In this document: positions 58,952 through 64,000 of the stretch, one piece after another
Position numbering within the stretch: position 1 is the first letter of the stretch
How the letters are laid out: each line of letters starts with the position of its first letter
Virus record (IMG/VR): IMGVR_UViG_3300045988_163663
DNA length: 64,000 nt
Direction: 5' to 3' (one strand)
Source: a virus
Notes under the pieces: generated by a model
What the model was told of the DNA's origin: nothing
The model's database searches: none
The model's input: the letters and a program-made list of their open reading frames with translations, nothing else
Program-made: the position numbers and the translations under genes

Positions 58952-60169
58952 ATGGCTGAAAATATTCTTAATACTCGCATTCAAGTATTAAATGACACGG
59001 CTGAAGCTCTTAAAGCAAAAGGTAGTGCAGTCCCAAAAGCTGGTGAAATTGTTTACGAGAACGATACTCGTAAAATGAAAATCGGTGATGGTACTACTAC
59101 TCTTGAAAACTTAAAATATTTTGGTGGCGAAGCCGCTCAAAATTTTGAAGCTACTCCAAAAGGTGAGGAAACTGATGTTCAGGCTATTACTCGTGTTGTA
59201 GCTTCTGCAGAACTTCATAATGGCGATACTGCTATTGTAAAGCGTGTTATTACTGGCGATAAGACTTCTTATACTGCTTACGTATATGACGGTGAATGGA
59301 AAGCTATGGATGGCAATTATCGTGCTGATAATGTTTATTTTGATGATGACATTACCTATACTGTTGCTATTGGCACTTTAGCTGAGCCATCTGGTTCTGC
59401 TAAATTTGCAGCTAAAGGTAAGAGCGTTGAACAGGTCCTTTCTACCTTAATGGCCAAGGAAGCTAATCCTTCTAAGTCTGATCCTGCTGTTAGTTTCAGC
59501 TCTACTAGCGGACTTGGTACATTTGAAATTGGCACGAAGAAGAATTTAACATATACAGCAGCTCTATCTGCTGGTAGCTATACTTATGGTCCAGCTACTG
59601 GTATTACGGCTCAGAGTTGGAGTGTAAAATGCACTGGTGTTGAAGATGTCCTTGATACTGCTACTGGTTCTTTCGATAATGTTGTTGCTGAAGCAACAGC
59701 TAAAAAAATTACTGCAACCGCAACTTATGGCGACGGCACTATTCCTAAGACCAATCTAGGTAATTCTTATCCTGCTAGCCAGATTAAGGCAGGCTCAGCA
59801 TCTAAAGATAGCAATGTCCTTTAGGGTGTCCGTCATATGTTCTATGGTCCTATGACTACTGATGCAGCTCTTGATAGTACTACTATTCGTGGATTAAAAC
59901 ATGAAGCTGCTAGTAAAAAGCCTATTACTACATTTGGTGCAGGTGCTGGAGCAAAGAAAGTTGTTATTGCTTGTCCTGCTGGATATAATGTAACTAAGGT
60001 TCTTATGCCTAGTGCTATGAATGCTGATGCTACTGCTAACTTTGTAAAGCAAGCTGGTACTGTTAATGTTGAGGGTGCTGAAGGATATACTGCAGTTCCT
60101 TATACTGTTTGGGTATATTAGCCCGCCTCAATTGATAGTACTGAAACTTATGCTGTTACAATTGGTTAA
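58952..60169 (+). CDS. tail-fibre-module protein (TAG-containing)
   Basis: MAENILNTRIQVLND...KMKIGDGTTTLENLKYFGG; TAG at 59822 in frame with ORF 59837; ends TAA 60167. Confidence 0.5.
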
Positions 60170-60193
60170 TTTATAAAGGAGGAATAATATAAT

Positions 60194-62884
60194 ATGGCTA
60201 CTATTTTAAAAGATGCTGCCTATATGGCTCTTCCTATGAATATCAAGCGTGGTAATCCTATCCCTCTTGATACTACTGCTGTATGGTACGATAAAACTGA
60301 ACTAAATAAGTATGCAGCTTCTGGTGCTACTGCATATGTTGGTCAGATTCTAACATTATGCGCCGATAATAAGTGCGAAGCTTATATGATTTCTAATGAA
60401 GCTGGTACATTAATTAAACTAGCTTCTACAACCGCTTCTGGTGACCTTGCTGGCGATGTTGCTACTCTACAAGGTCAAGTTACAAATCTTATTTCTAAGG
60501 TTGGTAAAGCAGCTGATGGTGAAGTAGCAGCTACTGGTCTATATAAAGAAATTGCTGATGTTCTAGCTATTGCTAATGGCAAGGTTACTTCTGTTAAGGC
60601 AGCTGATAAGTCCATTATGGTTGGTGGCAATGCTACTGAGCCTACTGTTAAGGTAGCTATTGCATCTGGTGAGGATAATGCTCTTTCACTTGCAGCTGAT
60701 GGTCTGAAGGTTGTTATTCCTGAAGTGACCGTGCCTGAATATAGCATGAAGAAGCTGGATGTCGCTACTGAGGGCATGTCCGCATCTTATCAGCTAACTA
60801 AGGATGGCACAGCTATTGGTGCAGTTATCGACATTCCAAAAGACATGGTTGTTAAGTCTGGTTCTGTTCAGACATTTGCAGCTGGTGAAGTACCCGCTGG
60901 TGTTACTGAGGCTGGTACATATATTGTATTAGTTCTAGCTAATACTACTAATGATAAATTATATATTAGAGTCAATGATTTAATTGAATATGTCACCTCT
61001 GGCTCTGCTGCAGATGATATGGTATTCATCAATATTGATCCTAAGACTCATAAGGTAACAGCAAAAATTACTGACGGTAGCATCACTGAAGCTAAACTAG
61101 CAAAAGCTGTTACTGATAAGCTCGCTTTAGCTTCTTCTGCTATTCAGAAGGTCGAATCTGGTACTGCTAATGGCACTATTGCCGTTGATGGTACTGATAT
61201 TGCTGTCACTGGACTAAGGAGTGCTGCATATACCGATTCCACTGCTTATGATACTGCTGGTACTGCTGCTGGTATAAAGACAGCTCTTGAAGGTGCTGAT
61301 GCTGATAAGGCTGATGCTCTTACCATTAAGGGTGCTAAGAAATATGCTGAGGAAAAAGCAACTGCAGCTCAGAGTGCTGCTGAAACAACTGCAAAGGGCT
61401 ATGTTGATGGCCTAAATCTTGCTGATAAAGCTGTTACCAAACAGCTCGTTTCTGCCGTTACGCAGACTAATGGTCAAATTGCAGTTATTCGCCGTGAACT
61501 AGTTGCTGATGATATTCCCACTCTTGGTATTTCTAAAATTGATGGTCTTCAGGGTGCTCTTGGCGCTAAGTAGGATACCGTCGTATTTGATGGTGAATAT
61601 TCAGCAAGTAATAAAGCTGCTACAGTAAGCACTGTTAATACTGCTGTTGATAATTTACGTCATACTGTTGATGGTAAAGGTAAAGATATTGATACCCAAG
61701 ATAGTCAAACTATCCATGGTGCAAAAATTTATGCTGATGAAGTCAGTAAGGCTACTCTTGGTTAGGCTAAAACTTATGCTGATAGCTTAGTCGGTGATAG
61801 TTCTGCTATTGCTGGTCGTGTAACTACTCTTGAAGGCAAAGTTGATGTAGCAAAGGTTAGTACTGCTATCTCTACTGCTAAGAATGAGGCTATTGAGGCC
61901 GCAGCAACAGATGCCGCATCTAAAGATACTGCTTTAAAGACTGAGATCCTTGGGGACGGATATACTGGTACTGTAAAGGAAGCTTATGACCTTGCTAATA
62001 AGAAAACTACTATGACTGAGGTTGAAGCTAAGGGCTATGCTGTTAAGACTGAAGTTGATGCAGCTGTTGCTGATGCAAAACAAGCTGGTACTGATGCTCA
62101 GACTTCTGTTGATACATTAAGCGGTAAAGTTGGTACTATTCCAGTAGGTGCTAAAGCTACTACTGTTATTGGTTATGTAGATGAAAAAATTGCGGCTATT
62201 CCTTCACAGGTTAATTATACCGTTACTGCTGATGTTAGTAGTCCTACTGGCATTGCTAAGCGTTATGTTCTTAACCAGAATGGCAGTGAGATTGTAACTA
62301 TTGATATTCCTAAAGATATGGTAGTTAGCTCTGGTACTGTTGAGACTAAGGCTGATGCTGGTGTATGGGGTGTTGCAGGTACTTATCTAGTCCTCACTCT
62401 AGCTAATGCAACCTCTGATAAGGTATACATTAATGTTGGCGACCTTATTGAATATGTAACTAGCGGCTCTTAGGCTGGTGATATGGTTGAAATCAAGATT
62501 GATGCCGACCATAAGGTCACTGCCGTTATCAATGATGGTACGATTACAAAGGCAAAGCTAGCTTAGGCTGTACAAGATAGCCTAGATAAAGCTGATACAG
62601 CACTATAGGCTGCCGATCTTGCACCGTATGCAAAGACTGCTGATATTAAAGCTGGCTATGTTGCAAAAGAAGAGGGCAAACAGCTAATGACCGCTGCTGA
62701 AAGCACTAAATTGGCCGGTATTGCTGCTAATGCACAGGTCAACGTGATTGAAGTCGTTAAGGTTGGCGGCACTGCTCTTGAAATTGCTGATAAAGCTGTT
62801 AATATTGAAGCAATCAGTACTGATCTATTAACTCAAGGTGCTAAAACTCTTATTCTCAATGGTGGCACCGCTGCTTCTCTTTGA
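60194..62884 (+). CDS. large structural/tail fibre protein with internal about 100-aa repeat (5 in-frame TAG)
   Basis: 2691 nt = 897 codons in one frame; repeat IDIPKDMVV.SG.V...GTY.VL.LAN.T.DK.YI.V.DLIEYVTSGS at about 60830 and 62290. Confidence 0.55.
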
Positions 62885-62949
62885 TATATATATACTAGGG
62901 AGAGAGAAATCTCTCCCTTCCAATAGTAAAAGAGAAAGGGGAATAAAGA

Positions 62950-63291
62950 ATGGCTCAAAAAGAATTTAATACACGAATTAAATTAAAGTATGATACTTTA
63001 GATAAATGGTTAAAGAATACATCAGTTGTACTGCTTAAAGGCGAAATTGGCTTATGCTATGTGCCAGCGATTACATCTGGTACAACGACCACAGCTCCTA
63101 CTGTATTATTTAAAGTTGGTGATGGTACAACCACATGGGAAAAACTACCTTGGGGTGCAGGGCTTGGAGCAGATGTCCCGGCATGGGCTAAGGCACCTGC
63201 AAAGCCATTTTATACCCTTGATGAAATAGGTGCTAATCCTGATACCAACTATGTAATTTTCGATTGCGGTTCTTCAACTGTAAATATATAA
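62950..63291 (+). CDS. tail-fibre-module protein
   Basis: MAQKEFNTRIKLKYDTLDKW...GEIGLCYVP...FKVGDGTTTWEKLPW. Confidence 0.45.
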   Translation: MAQKEFNTRIKLKYDTLDKWLKNTSVVLLKGEIGLCYVPAITSGTTTTAPTVLFKVGDGTTTWEKLPWGAGLGADVPAWAKAPAKPFYTLDEIGANPDTNYVIFDCGSSTVNI

Positions 63292-63296
63292 TAATA

Positions 63297-63328
63297 AAGA
63301 CTCCAAAATGGAGTCTTTATTTTTTTTA
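63297..63328 (+). terminator. rho-independent terminator
   Basis: AAAGACTCCAaaaTGGAGTCTTT + T8. Confidence 0.6.
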
Positions 63329-63408
63329 TCTGGACTAATTTAAATAATTTAATATTTTTATTTTTTATATAATTTTAGAATAAGAAACATTGAAAGGAGG
63401 AACTTTCA

Positions 63409-64000
63409 TTGGCAGATAAACAATTAAAATCTTTGAAAATGCCAGGCTTAGAAGATCGATACCTTGTTAAACTAACTGTTAATGAATTATAGGATTTATT
63501 AACTCATATAGAATTCAATGGTGGGATAGCTTATCAAAATGATTTATTTAGTGGCAATTATAAAGATTTAAATAACGCTCCAAAGACTGAAGAAATTGTA
63601 TTTAGAAATGAATTAAAAAGTGAACTAGCTAAATTAGAATATGTAACATTAGATGATTTAAAAAATCATACTAAAATGTTAGAAGCAAAATTTAATGGTA
63701 ATGAAGAAAATGATTTAAGTGAAACCTGGATTATTCATAAAGCCCCATCTTTCTATTTTAAAAGTAATATTGAATTTGTTTCTAATGGAATAACTTATTC
63801 TTCTATAGAATATAAAAAAAATACTTAGCCCAAGAAAGATGGTATTATTCTTGAAGATATGTTATATTATGATACCACTTGTGTTGGTCATAATCCTCAA
63901 GATAATTCTACTATTAATTACAAAGAAATATCTTGGGAAAATTAGGCTTATAATACAATTACATTTACCAAAGAAAAGCCAACAGGTGATTTATTAAGAT
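63409..64000 (+). CDS. hypothetical structural protein, partial, TAG-containing
   Basis: GAAAGGAGG RBS then TTG start (MADKQLKSLK...); at least 4 in-frame TAG; runs off window. Confidence 0.35.

Noticed and set aside
1-64000. Possibility that TAA or TGA are also recoded
   Set aside because: Every recoded gene examined (MetK, MTase, HNH, GIY-YIG, structural genes) ends at TAA or TGA at the expected length and the next gene's RBS follows. Only TAG occurs internally.

Overview
This window looks like part of a large, AT-rich, tailed phage genome with three blocks. (1) Positions 1-14.65 kb form a relatively GC-richer early block of about 40 small plus-strand genes. Each follows a sigma70-type TTGACA/TATAAT promoter, a conserved GAAAGGAATTGATA leader and a repeated GC-hairpin/operator cassette. 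Products include a nucleoside 2-deoxyribosyltransferase, a HAD phosphatase, an AbrB-like regulator and a DnaQ-like exonuclease. TAA and TGA are the stops and no in-frame TAG occurs. (2) Positions 14.7-17.0 kb hold a very AT-rich minus-strand module with a GIY-YIG endonuclease, an HTH protein, an RHH protein and a dense array of GCTTGTAAAA/TTTTACAAGC iterons. (3) From 17 kb onward the sequence is an AT-rich block with a reiterated phage promoter motif, terminator-promoter units, many paralog families, MetK, an RNA ligase, a Pnk-like kinase, a metallophosphoesterase, an HslV-like peptidase, a C5-methyltransferase with a possible nuclease partner, homing endonucleases, a tRNA array and tail-fibre-like structural genes. 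From 14.7 kb onward TAG is read as a sense codon; alignments to MetK, GIY-YIG and HTH motifs place Gln at TAG. The main find is a radical-SAM/SPASM maturase next to a giant Cys-rich (C-x3-C repeat) SCIFF-like protein. There are also tRNA genes with roughly 60-80 nt tRNA-like insertions in the anticodon loop and several tRNA 3'-half-like elements. No CUA-anticodon suppressor tRNA was found in the window.
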